Below are positions 50,059 to 64,000 of a stretch of 64,000 nt of DNA, one piece after another (position 1 is the first letter of the stretch; every line of letters starts with the position of its first letter). Under the pieces are notes generated by a model. It was not told where the DNA came from. It saw nothing but the letters and a program-made list of their open reading frames with translations, and searched no databases. A program made the translations under genes and the position numbers. The DNA is from the human T2T-CHM13v2.0 reference genome, Homo sapiens: NCBI RefSeq assembly GCF_009914755.1, contig NC_060942.1, one strand, 5' to 3'.

Positions 50059-50539
50059 ATTTATTTATTTATTTATTTATTTATTATACTTTAAGTTCTG
50101 GGGTACATGTGCAGAATGTGCAGTTTTGTTACATAGGTATACACATGCCCTGGAGGCTAGCCGCACCCATCAACCCATCACCTACATTAGGTATTTTTTC
50201 CTAATGTTATCTCTCGCCTAGCCTCCCACCCGCTGACAGGCCCCGGTGTGTGATGTTCCCCTCCCTGTGTCCACGTGTTCACATTGTTCAATTCCCACTT
50301 ATGAGTGAGAACAGGCAGTGTTTGGTTTTCTGATCTTGTGATAGTTTGCTGAGAATGATGGTTTTCAGCTTCATCCATGTCCCTGCAAGGGACATGAACT
50401 CATCCCTTTTTATGGCTGCATAGTATTCCATGGAGTATATGTGCCACATTTTCTTAATCCAGTCTATCATTGATGGACATTTGGGTTGGCTCCAAGTCTT
50501 TGCTATTGTGAATAGTGCCGCAATAAATATACGTGTGCA
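50059..50539 (-). mobile_element. 5'-truncated L1PA7/8-class 3' end
   Basis: (ttta)n tail; ORF2 C-terminus; 13-bp TSD tcattcacccact (50046-50058, 50540-50552). Confidence 0.9.
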
Positions 50540-51059
50540 TCATTCACCCACTTTCTAACATTCAAAGTTTTGTTGGTATCTTTTCCAGTTTCTCGGTCCA
50601 TCCCTGCATGTCTGTACTTTTTTACATTCCTTTCTGCCATTCCTTTACTGTAAAAATTTGCCAATTTTATCAGAGCTCTGATTTTATTTTTACAAGTTTC
50701 AAATGAAAAAATTCAACAGAGAAGAATTACTGACACGGTAGTAAAACAATAAAATGACATGACTGCTCTTAAAATTGCATATACAATGAACTGCTGTGTT
50801 GATGTGTTTTTACTCAAACCTCTAGCGGGGCAACTATTTCTTGTACTTTGTCAGATGACTGGATTTGGAAAAACTCTAGATAAATATGCCTTTCTCCTAT
50901 TCCTCCTTTTCTAGGGTGTAGGAAAGTTCTTTCACTAGTGATTTTTAGTAAAATTAAATTTGCATTTTTCCGGTTTCCCTGTTAGAACTCAAAGTAAAGT
51001 GTACAGCTTCCACAAGGGACAGAAGAACTTCCTTATTGTCTGGGGAGAAGTTGGCTGAC

Positions 51060-51530
51060 AGCAATAATAATGATTACTTTTGTTTATTGGTCACTTCTCT
51101 ATGCTACTTGCTTTACAAACATTATCTTTTATTAGTCCTCAAAATGTTAAAAGTAGGTATTGTTGTCTCCTTTTTACAAATGATGAAATAGCTTTGCTAA
51201 GGTTAAGTAACTTGCCCAAGGTTACACAGGTATTATTAGGCACACTCCTCAAACCTGACTCTAAAATTCATTTTTTCCCACTTTCTACCCTGTTAGACTC
51301 ATAATTATTTTAATAACATCAGTACAACAATAATAGTCAACACTTATATGCACTTATTCTATACCACATACTGTTTTAAGCTCTTTATATATAGACATGT
51401 AATTCTCAGTTTAACCTCATGAGGTAGGCACCATTATTATCTCTTTTATGGAGGTCAGAGAGATTAAATAACTTGCTGAAAGTCAGTTACTACAGCTGTA
51501 ATGAGTAGAGCCACGATTCTAACACTATTG
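51060..51530 (-). mobile_element. Two MIR copies
   Basis: aggttaagtaacttgcccaaggttacacag; agagattaaataacttgc. Confidence 0.7.
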
Positions 51531-54500
51531 TTTGGCTGTTATTGAAGTACATTAAAATGTTTATGATTGTTTTGATTGATTACTGAGTCTGTTAAAAGGG
51601 CTCTAAATTTTAAAAACAGTAAGTAAATATTTGAGTTTTTTTTCTTTTTTCCTTAAAGCTCTGAGAAGATAATGTGAAAAATAAACATCTTACCATAGTT
51701 TAAGGCTTCTAGTTAGTATACCAACCCTTGCCAAGAAGAAGTGAATAAATGGGGATGAGGGCAGTAGGAGGAAGGGGGTGTTCTTTGTTTCTATATTAGA
51801 GTTCTGGCATTAACACTTGCAGATTGAGAAAAGCTGAAGAATTGTCTCTAAAATACCTTCTTTCTTTTGCTGTACTTTTTCTTTAATGTTTCTAATTTCA
51901 AGAGAGAAAATCACATGTATTTCATCCAGTCTTCACTATATTAGGAGGCTGAAGTTAGCATGTATTATCTTGGCAAGTTTTTAGGAGAAAATTTCTTATG
52001 TCTAGAAGTAAACGTTTGGATCTGTTAGAACACTGCCTGTCTTTAAGGTGGACGTGCGCATTGGATTTGTTTTTCTGTCTGTGTCTGTGACACCATGAGA
52101 CATTCAAATAGAAGGAAGCTACTGTGACGTTTCTGATTGATGCTTTGACTTTCTAGTATGAAATTACTTGCCTCTTACTAGGTTTGCCTCTGTCTTTCTC
52201 TACTCCTCTCCATCCCCACCTGTGAAAAAAAAAATTACTTTTAAAGGAAGACTAGTAGACAGTCCTTCAGGAAATATTTTCGTCTTTCTGTAACTGGTAT
52301 GACCCATTAGGAGTCTGGCTTCATTAGTTCAAACACTTAACTATGAATAGTTACTTTTTCATTTTGATGATTTAACACTTGTGATTTAGGAAGGAGTATA
52401 TTTAATTCTTCCCTTTTTCCCTCTCTTCCTTTCTTATTAAGATTTTGTGGTTTGGTTTGTACAGCTAGCTTCTATGATTTTCGTAAAAGGCAGCTAAGAG
52501 TGACTTTCCAACACAGGGAAAGGGTGAGTGAGAGAATTCCAGCAGCCCATAACTCTAGTCTGGAATTGTGCAATCCTGGCTATAGGAGAGCCCCTTGATC
52601 CTCCAAACCTCTGAAACTAACACAGGGAGCTGCCAGTAAACCATGGGTTGGGACTGCTTTAGGGAGGCAGCTTGCACTGGGTCCCACACCCTTTCTGAGA
52701 CCAGAGTGGCTACAGCAAGGCACCATTTTCAAACCTAGCTTTGGCAGACTACATGCTGTCCTAGGGTCCAGCAGTACCAGGACCAAGGTGTTAGGGAAAC
52801 TCAGGCTGTTGCTACTGAGACTCGGGCAAGAGCTGGTAGGGCTCCTGTAGCCAGGGCTGTAAAATGAGCAATCTGGGGGCCACAGCAGCCAGTGCTGGTA
52901 AGTGAGCAGAGCACAAATTTCCATTGGGACTTGGTTGTGAGATACGGTGGGGCCTCTGCAGCTGGTACTGTGGTGTCAGCTGGGCATGGGCTACCACTAC
53001 CAGAGCTGGGGAGTGAACCCAACCAGGACTGGGGTATGAGAAGGATGTGCCTTCCCCACCCACTGGCTTAGGTTGTGGCAACCAAGGCTGGCCTCATCCT
53101 ATTCAGTGACAGAAGCTTCAGTGTGGCTCCTACTTCTCCTCACCCATGTGCTCTGACTTGGGGCTGAGGGTCGCCCCACCCTGCCCACCATAGGTATAGC
53201 CTGCTGTCATCTTTGGAGAGCCTGAGTATAAGCCCACCCAGCTCAACTTTGCGTCCCCCTCCAAGACAGAGCACATAGCTTAGGATCCTGGGGGTTGCCC
53301 AACCCAATCCACCACCTTAGGCAGCCAAGCACTGCTCCTAGAGGCCAGAAATTGGGCCTAAACTTCCAGCGGTTACCACCTCAGGTGGTACCAACCTATA
53401 AGCGCCACTTGTGGGCCTGGTGACTGGTGTGCCCAGCCCATTTCAGTCACCACCAACATTGATGCACACCACTCAGGAACCACAGAATTGTCTTGCCACT
53501 GCTGCTGCAATCACCCAGGCCTACCTGTCCAGTACACCACTGCTCCTGCTGGGATCCAAACAAACCACATGAAGGACGAAAAATTGGCTTGCTGATAACC
53601 ACCGATGCAGGTGCCAGGGTACATTGTACTGTGGCACAAAGATAGGCATGCTTAGTCCACCGCTGCCACCACTATGGCCTGAAGGCCAGCTCACTTGGAA
53701 TCCAAGTCCTCCCTCATCACAACCTTACCACAGCTTCCATAATAACCACCCCCTAGCCCCTAAGGAAATCAGATACCACTAACACCATTTACAGCCAAAG
53801 AAATCATACAGAGACTACATTACTACATGCACCCAGAATTAAAGCCAAAGTGCTCTACCCAACCAGCATCATAGATACACCTTTAGGAAAAAGTTCTCCC
53901 CTAGAAAAGTAAATTCAAAAATAGGAAGAAGCGACTACTGTGCCACATGTGCAGATATCAAGGTAAGGACAGGAAACATGAAAAAGCAAGGAAATATGAT
54001 ACCTTCAAAGGATTACAATACTTGTGGAGCAGTTGATGTTAATCAAAAAGAAGTTATCAAAATCCCAGATAAAGAATTCAAAATACTGATTTTAAAGAGG
54101 CTCAGTAAGTACAAGAGAAACATAAAAATCATGTAAAGAAATCAGAAAAACAATTCAGGATATGAATGAATTATGAAAGCAAAAGATATTTTTAAAAGGA
54201 ACCAAACAGAAATTCTGGAACTAAAGAATTCATTGAGGGAAATACAAAATACATTTGAAAGCTTCAAAAATAGACTAAATCAGGCAGAAGGAACAAACTC
54301 AGAACTTAAAGATGAGTCTTTTGAAATAATCTAGTCAGATAAAAATAAAAGAGAATAAAAAGAAAGAACAAAGCCTTCAGGATATTTGGGACACAAAGAC
54401 ACTGAATATTTGAATTATCAGTATTTTAAAGAGCAAAGCAGAAAAGGATTAGAAAACCTATTTGATGAGACAATAGGTGACAACTTCCCAAGTCTAGCAA

Positions 54501-57267
54501 GAGATTTAGACATTCAGATGCAAGAGGTTCAGCAATTGCCAGGCAGATACAATGCAAAAAGGACTTCTCCATGGCACATTAAAGTCAGACTGTCTGAAAT
54601 AAAAAATAGAGCAAATCCTAAAAATAGCAAGTGAAAATCATTTGCTCACCTACAAAGGAAATCCCAACAGACTAACAGTGGATTTCTTAGCAGACACCTT
54701 ACAAGCTCAAAGAGAATGGGATGATATATTCCAAGGGCTCAAACAAAACAAAATGAAAACCTGTCACCTGGGACTGCTGTATCCAGCAAAATTAGTCCTC
54801 ATAAAGGAAGGATAAATAAAATATTTCACTGAGGAAATTTGCTAGAACTAGACCAGACCTACAAGAAATGCTCAAGGGAGTCATAAACCTGGAAGTGACA
54901 GACCAACATTTATCAAATATTTACCATCATGAAAACACATGAAAGTATAAAACTCACTGGTAAAGCAATCATACAAAAGAGGAAGAAAAAAGAAACAAAT
55001 GATACCACCACCGAAATCCACCAAACCACAATGAAAAACACTAAGAGAAAAGAAGGGAACAAAGAATATATAAGACAATCAGAAAACCATTAACAATGAC
55101 AGGAACAAAGCCTATCATATTAATTATAACTTGAACTTATATGGATTAAATTCTCCACTCAGAATATACAGAATATTTAAATGGATAAAAAAAAATGATC
55201 CAACGATATGCTGCATACAAGAAACTCACCTAACTTGTAAAGACACAGGTAGCCTGAAAGTAAAGGGACGAAAAAAGATGCTCCATACAAACAGAAACCA
55301 AAAGTGAGCAGGAGTGGCTATACTTGTATCAGATAAAACAGACGTTAAGTCAAAAATAGTAATAAGAGACAAAGAAGGTCTTTTTATAATCATAAAAGGA
55401 TCAATGCAGCAAGAGGATATAACAGTTCTGAATATGTATGTATCCAACATTGGAGCACTCAGATTCATAAAGCAAGTATTACTACTTCTAAAGAAAGAGA
55501 TAAACTGCAATACAGTAAAAGTGGGGGACTTCAACACCCCACTCTCAGCATTAGATCATCAAGACAGAAAATGAACAAATAAACATTGACCTTAAACTGG
55601 CCTTTAGATCATGTGGACCTAACACAGAACATTCTATCCAGCTACTGCAGAATATACATTCCTTTCATCAGCACAAGGACCATTCTCCAGGATAGACCAT
55701 ATGTTAGGCCACAAAAAAAACTCAAAAAAATTTTAAGAAATGAAATCATATCAAGTATCTTCTCAGACCACAATGGAATAAAATTAGAAATCAATACCAA
55801 GAGGAACTCTGGAAACTATACAAATACGTGGAAATTAAACAATATGCTCCTGAATGACCATCATGAAAATGAATAAATTAAGATGGAAATTTTAAAAAGA
55901 TTTGAAACAAAAGAAAATGGAAAAGCAACAAATCAAAACTTGTAGGATACAGCAAAAGCAGCACCAAGAGGGAATTTTATAGAAATAAATGCCTACATCA
56001 AAAAGTAGAATGATTAAAAATTAAGAATTAACCAATGCTCTTGCAGGAACTAGAAAAGTAGAAATAAACCAAATCCAAAATTAGCAGAAAAGATATAATA
56101 GACATAAGAACAGACCTAAATGAAATAGAGACTTAAAAAACAAGATGAAAAGTGGATTTTTAAAAAAGATAAACAAAATTGATAAACTGCTAACTACATT
56201 AACTAAGAAAAGATGAGAGAAGATCCAAATAAACAAAGCCAGAAATGAAAAATGAGACATTACAATGGATACCACAGAAATACAAAGGATCATCAGGGCC
56301 AGTTTTAATAACTATATGCTGAAAAACTGGAAAATCTATAGGAAATGGATAAATTCCTGGAAACATACATCCTACCAAGATTGAATCAGGAAGAAATATA
56401 AAACCTAAACAGACTTATAATGTTGAGCAAGATTGAGTCAGTAATAAAAAGTCTCCCAACAAAGAAATGTCCAAGACTGGATAGATTCACAGCCAAATTA
56501 TACCAACCATATTAAGAAAAACTAATATAAATTCTTCCCAAGCTATTCCAAAAAATGGAAAAGAGGGGATTTCTCCCTAACTCATTCTACAAGGCCAGTG
56601 TTACCCTGATACCAAATTTAGACATATACAAAAAGAAAATTACAGGCTAGTATCCCTGACGAACATAGACACAAAAGTCCTCAACAGTATACTAGCAAAC
56701 CAAATCCAACAGTACGTGAAAAACATGATTACATGAGATTACACAAGGGATGCAAAGATGGCTCAACATACATAAATCAGTAAATGTAGAACATCACATC
56801 AGTACAATGAAGGACAAAAAGTATATGATCATCTCAATAGATGCAGAAAAAGCATTTGGTAAAATTCAACATCCCTTCATGATAAAAAGCTTTCATCGAA
56901 CCAGGTTAGAAGTAAAATACTTCAAAATAATGAAGATCATGTATGACAAACCCTAGGCTAAAATCATATTGAATGGAGAAAAGCTGAAAGCCTTTTCTCT
57001 AAGAACTGGAACAAAACAAGGATGCCCACTTGCAGCACTTTTATTCAAAGTTGTACTGGAAGTACTAGCCAGAACATTCAGACAAGAGAAAGAAATAAAA
57101 GGCATTCAAATTGGAAAAGAGGAAATCAAATTGTTCCTTGGTAGTGCTGATAATATTATCTTATATCTGGAACAACCTGAAGACTCCATCAAAAAAGCTC
57201 TTTGAGCTGATAAATGGAGACAGTAAAATTACAAGATACAAAATTGATGTACAGAAACCACTAGCAT

Positions 57268-57585
57268 TTCTTTTTCTTTTTCTTCATTTTTTTTTCTTTT
57301 TTTTTTTTTTTTTTTTGAGACAGTATCTCATTCTGTTGTGATCATAGCTCACTGTAGCCTCAAATTCCTGGGCTCAAGTGATCCTCCCACCTCAGCCTCC
57401 TGAAGAGCTAAGACCATAGGCATGTGCTACCATGTCTGGATAATTTTTAATTTTTTTATTTTTTATTTGTAGAGATGGAGTCTCACTGTGTTGCTCAGGC
57501 TGGTCTCGAACTCCTGGTCTTTAGTGATCCTACCACCTTGCTTCCCAAAGTTTTGGGAATATAGATGTGAGCCACTGCACCTGGC
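57268..57585 (-). mobile_element. AluJ inside L1
   Basis: atcatagctcactgtagcctc..gggctcaagtgatcctcccacc. Confidence 0.85.
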
Positions 57586-58589
57586 AGGTAGCAGTAATGA
57601 TCTAGTATACTAGTATACTAGTAATGATCTAGTCCAGAAAGAAATAAGGCAATCTCATTTACAATAGCTCCAAAAAATATATACCTAGGAATAAATTTAG
57701 CCTAGGATGTGAAAGTTCTCTACAAGAGAAACTGTAAAATATTGATGGAAGCAATTGAAGACAACACAAGAAACAAAAAACATCCCACGGTCATGGATTG
57801 GAAGAATTAATGTCATTAAGTTGACCATATTGCCCAAAGCAATCTATAGATTTAGTGCAATTTCTATCAAAATAACATCATTCTTCAAAGAATTAGAGGA
57901 GACAATCCTACAATTCATATGAAAACACAAAAGTGCCCAAATAGCCAAAGCAATCCTGAGCAAAAAGAGCAAAGAGGTGTCACATTACCTGACTTTAAAA
58001 TATATTGTAAGACCATCGGAACCAAAATAGTATGCCATTGATTTAAAAATAGACATATAGACCAATGGCACAGAATACAGAACCCAGATAATAAGCCACT
58101 TATTAGTATCAGCCACGTATACAACCGATTTTTAACAAAGCCGACAACTTACATTGTGGAAAAAACATTCTCTTCAAAAGTAGTGCTGGGAAAATTGTAT
58201 TACTGCATGCAGAATAATGAAACTGAACCCCCATCTCTCGATGTACACAAAAATCAACTCAAAATGGATTAAAGGCTTAAATTTAAAACCCAAAATAAAA
58301 AAGCTCTAAAAGAGAACCTCAGGTAAACTCTCTTGGACATTTGTCTAGACAAAGAATTTATGAATAAGAACTCAAAAGCACAGGCAACAAAATAAAAAAT
58401 GGGCGAATAGGACTTAAACTAAAAACCTGCACGGCACTAAAGAAGTAATCAACAGAGTAATCAGACAACCTGTTGAATGACAGAAAATATTTGCTAACTG
58501 TTCACCTGGCAGGGGACTCATATCCAGGATGTTCAAGGAATGCAAACATCTCCGCAGGAAAAAAACTTTTATTAGAAAGTGGGCAAAGG

Positions 58590-60340
58590 TTTTTCCCATT
58601 TTGTGGGTTGTTTACTCTGCTAATGGTTCCTTTTGCTGTGCAGAAGCTCTTTAGTTTAATTAAGTCCCATGTATTTATCTTTGTTTTTGTTGCATTTGCT
58701 TTTGGGTTGTTGGTCATGAAGTCTTTGCCTAAACCAATGTCTAGAAAGGGTTTTCGATGTTATCTTCTAGAATTTTTATAATTTCAGGTCTTATATTTAA
58801 GTCCTTGATCTGTCTTGAGTTGATTTTTGTATAAGGTGAGAAATGAGGATGCAGTTTCATTCTCTTAAATGTGGCTTGCCAATTATCCCAGCACCATTAG
58901 TTGGATACGGTGTTCTTTCCCCACTTGCTGTTTTTGTTTGCTTTGTTGAAGATTAGTGGGCTGTAAGTATTTGGTTTATTTCTGCGTTCTCCATTCTGTT
59001 CCATTGGTCTATGTGCCCATTTTTATACCAGTAGCATGCTCTTTTGGTGACTCTGGCCCTATAGTATAGTTTGAATTCAGGTAATGTGATGCCTCCAGAT
59101 TTGTTCTTTTTGCTTAGTCTTGCTTTGTCTATGCGGGCTCTTTTTTGGTTCCATATGAATTTTAGGATTGTTTTTTCTAGTTCTGTGAAGAATGATGGTG
59201 GTGTTTTGATGGGAATTGCATTGAATTTGTAGATTGTTTTTGGCACTGTGGTCATTTTCACAATATTGATCGTACCCATCCATGAGCATGGGAGGTGTTT
59301 CCATTTGTTTGTGTCATCTATGATTTCTTTCAGCAGTGTTTGTAATTTTCCTTGTAGGGGTCTTTCACCTCCTTGGTTAGGTGTATTCCTAAGTATTTTT
59401 TTTCGCTATATAACAATCTATACATCTGACAGAGGACTAATATCCAGAATCTACAGGGAACTCAAACAAATTAGCAAGAAAAATATAAACAATCTCATCA
59501 TAAAGTGGGCTAAGGTCATGAATAGACAATTCTCAAAAGAATATATACAAATGGCTAATAAACATATGAAAAAATGTTCAACATCACTAATGATCAGGGG
59601 AACACAAATCAAAACCACAATGAGATACAACCTTACTCCTGCAAGAATGACCGTAATCACAAAATAATGGATGTTGGTGTGGATGCAGTGAAAAGAAAAC
59701 ACTTCTATACTGTTGGTAGGAATGTAAAGTAGTACAACAACTATGGGAAACAGTGTGGCAATTCCTTAACGAACTAAAAGTAGAACTACCATTTGATCCC
59801 GCAATCCCCACTGCTAGGTATCTACCCACAGGAAAAGAAGTCATTATACAAAAAAGATACTTGCACATGCACGTTTATAACAGCACAATTCACAATTGCA
59901 AAAATATGGAACCAGCCCAGATGCCCATCAGTCAATGAGTGGATAAATAAATTGTGATATATGTATGATGGATTACTACTCAGCCATAAAAAGGAACAAA
60001 TTAATGACATTTGCAGCCACCTGGATGGAACTGGAGACTATTGTTCTAAGTGAAGTAACTCAGGAATGAAAAACCAAATATTGTATGTTCTTACTTATAA
60101 ATGGTGGCTAAGCTATGAGGAGGCAAAGGCATAAGAATGATACAATGGACTTTCAGGACCTGAGGGAAAGGGTGGGAGGGGAGTGAGTGATGATGGTTCA
60201 GTGTATACTGTTTGGGTGATGAGTGGACCAAAATCTCACAAATCACCACTAAAGCACTTACTCATGTAACCAAATTACCCCTGTTTTCCCCAAAACCTAT
60301 AGAAACAAAAAATTTTGAAGATGATATGAAATTCAAAAAA
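58590..60340 (+). mobile_element. Nested L1PB1-like insertion with 5' inversion (inverted 58590 to about 59403; sense about 59410-60340)
   Basis: TSD core gtgggcaaagg (58579-58589, 60346-60356); L1PB-type 3'UTR aaatctcacaaatcaccactaaag. Confidence 0.85.
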
Positions 60341-61594
60341 CAGAGGTGGGCAAAGGACATGAGTATACATTTCTCAAAAGAAGACCAACAAATGGCCAAC
60401 AGGTATATGAAAAAGTGCTCAGCATTACTAATCATCAGATAAATGTAAATCAAAACCAGAGTGTCATACCATCTTACCTTAGTCAGAATAGCTATTATTT
60501 AAAAAAAAAACAACAAGTAGCAGATATTGGCAAGGATGCAGAGAAAAGAGAACTCTTATACTGTTGGTGGGAGTGTAAAGTAGTACAGCCACTAAGGAAA
60601 ATAGTATGGTGATTCCTCATAAAACTAAAAATAGAATTACTAATTGAACCACTAATGCCACCACTGGGTCTGTATTCAAAGGAAAAGAAATCAATATATC
60701 AAAGGAATACATGTGTTCCCATGTTAATTATATCACTGTTCACAAAAGCAAAGATATTCGAATCAACTTAAGCTTTCATCAATAGATGAATGGGTAAAGA
60801 AAATGTAGTATATCTACAATGGAATACTATTCAGCCATAAAAAGAATGAAATCATGTCATTTCCAGCAACATGGATGGAACTGGAAGTCATTATCTTAAG
60901 TGAAATAAGGTAGGCAAAAAAAGAAAAATATCACATCATCTTCTCACTTATGTGTGGGAGCCAAAAAATATGATCACATGGAAGTAGAGAGCAGAAGGAT
61001 AAGAGACGGAATGGTGAGTGGAGGGGAGGAGGGAGGATGAGGAGAAGTTGGTTAAAGGGTACAATACAGTAAGTTAGAAGGAGTAAATTCAGTGTTTGAG
61101 AGCAGAGTAAGGTGACTATAGTTAACAAAAATGTATTGTAATCAGGTGACAGATACCCTAAATACCCTGACTTGAACACTAGGCATTATATATGCATAAT
61201 AAAATATCACATGTATGCCATAAATTTGTACAAATTAAAAAAAGTAGTTATTTAAAAAAACCTGAAAGTCAAATTTATTTTGCAAAATGTGATTTTAGTG
61301 GTGAAGATGTATAATGTGTAAACATATGGGTTTTTTTTTCCCAAAAGTCAAGAGTAAAAGGTCAGAATTAAGAAAAGTAGATTTGTCTGAGTCTCAAAAA
61401 ATACTGATCAAGGAGAAAATTTTACACATAAAACAATAAAACATAGCTAAGTAGTATCAGCTTTCTAAAATGCGTCAGATTATTTTACACCCCCAAAAAG
61501 GTTACATTTAAAACAAATTCTTAGTTTGTAGTAAGTTATATAAAACATTCTTCTATTTTTTTTATTTATTTAATAGTTGTATCTCTTCTGTGAC

Positions 61595-61780
61595 TTTTTT
61601 TTATTATTATACTTTAAGTTCTAGGGTACATGTGCACAATGTGCAGGTTTGTTACATATGTATACGTGTGCCATGTTGGTGTGCTGCACCCATTAACTCG
61701 TCATTTACATTAGGTATAATGCTATCCCTCCCTGCTCCCCCAACCCCATGACAGGCCCCAGTGTGTGATGTTCCCCTTCT
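61595..61780 (-). mobile_element. Short L1PA5/6-like 3' end
   Basis: tatactttaagttctagggtacatgtgcac..ccattaactcgtcatttacattagg. Confidence 0.88.
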
Positions 61781-62819
61781 ATCATTTTTAAAGCTTTAAA
61801 AATTTAAGATAATCTGTAAGTGTCTTCTCAGTTCTGTAAATTTGTAACCTTCATTTTAAGAGGCAATCAGGTGAAAATGTCTTTATTCTACAATCAGGCA
61901 CATCAAAAACATGACAGAGTACCTGTCACAAAGTGAGTTATTTAACAAATGGTAGCTGTTGCTTATGCAGTTTTTGTTATGACTCACAATAAAACTCAAA
62001 AGAGCAATGCCTGAGTAATAACAAAAGTGTCAAAGGCATTGGTTTAGGTGATGCAGTTACATATCATTTACTTCATTTATTTGTTAAGATTTCTTGAGAC
62101 TAGCCTCTGTTGCTAAGACTTTTTAAAAACAGCACCAGCTGTCTTCCTCCACTAGTCTCCTTTTTCAATTCTAAATATTACCTTCCATCTGGCATGCCAT
62201 TGAATCCTAAGGAAAGGACACTTGTAGTCCAGAACAACAGGACATCAAGCTCCTTTGAGTAAACAAATCCTTTTGTCTTGGCTTCTTGGCACCTCAAACT
62301 GTATGTATTCTGGAAAATTGCATTTGAGGTTTAACCAATAAGGCAAAGATAGCTGGCCACACATCAGTTTGTTGAGTGGCTACTCTCAGCAGATACCTCC
62401 TTGCTGGCATTATATACATGATTGTGTATTGAGAAGGCATGAGGTGATCTTAATGTTGTCATCACTCATGCTTATTTTAATATCAGTATAGTGCTTGTGA
62501 AGGTTCTGATTGTTCAACTGAAAGAACAAGTATTTAAGTGAGCAAATGAATGCAAGAATAAAACAAATGAGAACAGTTGCAAGAAAGCGTGCTGGTAATA
62601 TATACTCTAAAATTTCAAAGTGCCTGTGGTTTTCCAAGTCATAACTTCTGGAAAATTCTTAGAAATTCGATGATAATATAAATAGAAGAGGAGCCAATCT
62701 GATGAGAAATAAAATTAGACAAGTTTCTAAAAAGTAAGAATAGCAATAAAACCTTCTAACTAAATGAAGCCACCAAAAGGCTTTTGGCTGCAAGAAAGAT
62801 AATTCAAAATAAAGCATGA

Positions 62820-64000
62820 AGAACTTCCTGCCAACATGGGATAAGCCCACTATAGCCTACCCCTTCTGCTGATTAAAACTAAAAAGTCTGGACAAAATAT
62901 AAAAGCAACTGTATAAGTAAACAAAAGCAGTCAGATGGTGGTGAGGAGTCAAAACTTAAAGGGGCAACCTGTATGGAAATGAGTTTCCTAGTTTGGAAAG
63001 TTTTTCTTTTCTTTTTTTCTTATGGTTTTGCCTTCAGTTGTGAAGGCAACAGTGTGGCACTGGAAACTAAAACTGATAGAAATCTTATTTTCTTGCACCA
63101 CAGGAACCAAGTAAATGAGCTTAGCATTCCAGAGAGTTTGGGGGCAGTTTCCAAGTTTTTTCTCCCTTTACCAGCTTTAACCTAAGACAGACCCAGTTGC
63201 AAAGCTGCATCTGCAGTGCCACAAGAGGAACCAGGAAAAGGGGCCCTTTGGGCCACTGAGTATGGGGGAAGTGTCAGACAAGAAAGCTCTGGAGAAGGGT
63301 GTTCCCTCATTTTGTGTATGGGCAACACAAGTACTATGCTATGCATGCACAAAGCAGACCCAAAGCATTGTAGCAACGCTTTGAGAACTGAACTGAACTC
63401 AAATTAGAACCACTGCTCAGAGGTGAGAAAGAACTCGTGGTGTAAACCAAACTTACTTGATTTTCTGCTAAAACAACAACAAAATATGCTCTATAGGATT
63501 ATAACAAGTCATAGGACCCATAGCCTGCGCAACATAACATTTTAAATGTCCAGGATATAATTCAAAATAGTGCTACCTACAAAAAAAACCCAGAAAATTA
63601 TAACCATCTCTCTAGAGAAAAGATAATTAAGAAATGACAACTCCAGGGTCAACCAGATTTTAGAATAATCAGACAAAGACTTTAAAGCAGCTATTATAGC
63701 AGTTATCGATAGCATAAAGGTAAATACACTTGAAATTAATGGATAGAAGTTCTCAGCAGAGAAATAGAGACTATAAAAAAGGACTAAATGGAAATTTTGG
63801 AACTGGCAAATACAATACCCATAATGAAAAAATTCAGTGGTGGTTTAATTGGCAGAATGGAGTAACAAAGGAAAGAGTCAGTAAATTTGAAGATAGGTCA
63901 ATAGAAACTTAAAACTGGATACAGTCTTAAGAAGGGGAAAAAGAGAGGAAAAAAAAGTTACACAAGAGCCTTAAGGACCTTTGGTATAATATCAGAGGTC
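62820..64000 (+). mobile_element. Old L1M 5' region and ORF1 start, running off the window
   Basis: ctggacaaaatataaaagcaact; cagacaaagactttaaagcagctattata; gtcagtaaatttgaagataggtcaatagaa. Confidence 0.65.

Larger units (their letters stand above)
52490..61243 (+). mobile_element. Near full-length old L1 (L1MA3-like 3' end), degenerate
   Basis: GC-rich 5'UTR at about 52500-53900; ORF1 remnants at about 53980-54950; EN/RT remnants (ORFs 55314, 56750, 56969); 3'UTR ..ataccctaaataccctgacttg..tttgtacaaattaaaaaaa. Confidence 0.85.

Noticed and set aside
52500-53800. GC-richer block as a host promoter, CpG island or coding region
   Set aside because: CpG-depleted and contiguous with ORF1 of the old L1, so it is the L1 5'UTR

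Overview
Primate, almost certainly human, genomic DNA: it carries human-specific AluYb8-type, AluYa5 and L1HS pre-Ta insertions. The window is nearly all intronic and dominated by transposable elements (L1 of many ages, Alu, L2/MIR, ERV1/ERVL/MaLR solo LTRs, Tigger and hAT MITEs). I found one host coding exon, + strand 14470-14597. Its translation ([42 protein letters not shown]) matches the coiled-coil region of KIAA1328/hinderin as I recall it (18q12.2). The gene call and all repeat subfamily calls are by eye, not from a database search. The exon is preceded by a U12-type branch point and an AC acceptor, so it ends a large minor-spliceosome (AT-AC) intron, and is followed by a normal GT donor. 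The long ORFs in the supplied track are L1- or Alu-derived. I see no clearly new biological system. The most interesting unexplained structures are: a cryptic U2-type exon inside the minor intron with a 91%-identical antisense copy 2.2 kb upstream; several local inverted or templated duplications; a near-zero-spacer Alu palindrome; and an intact L1 ORF0 pointing antisense toward the exon.
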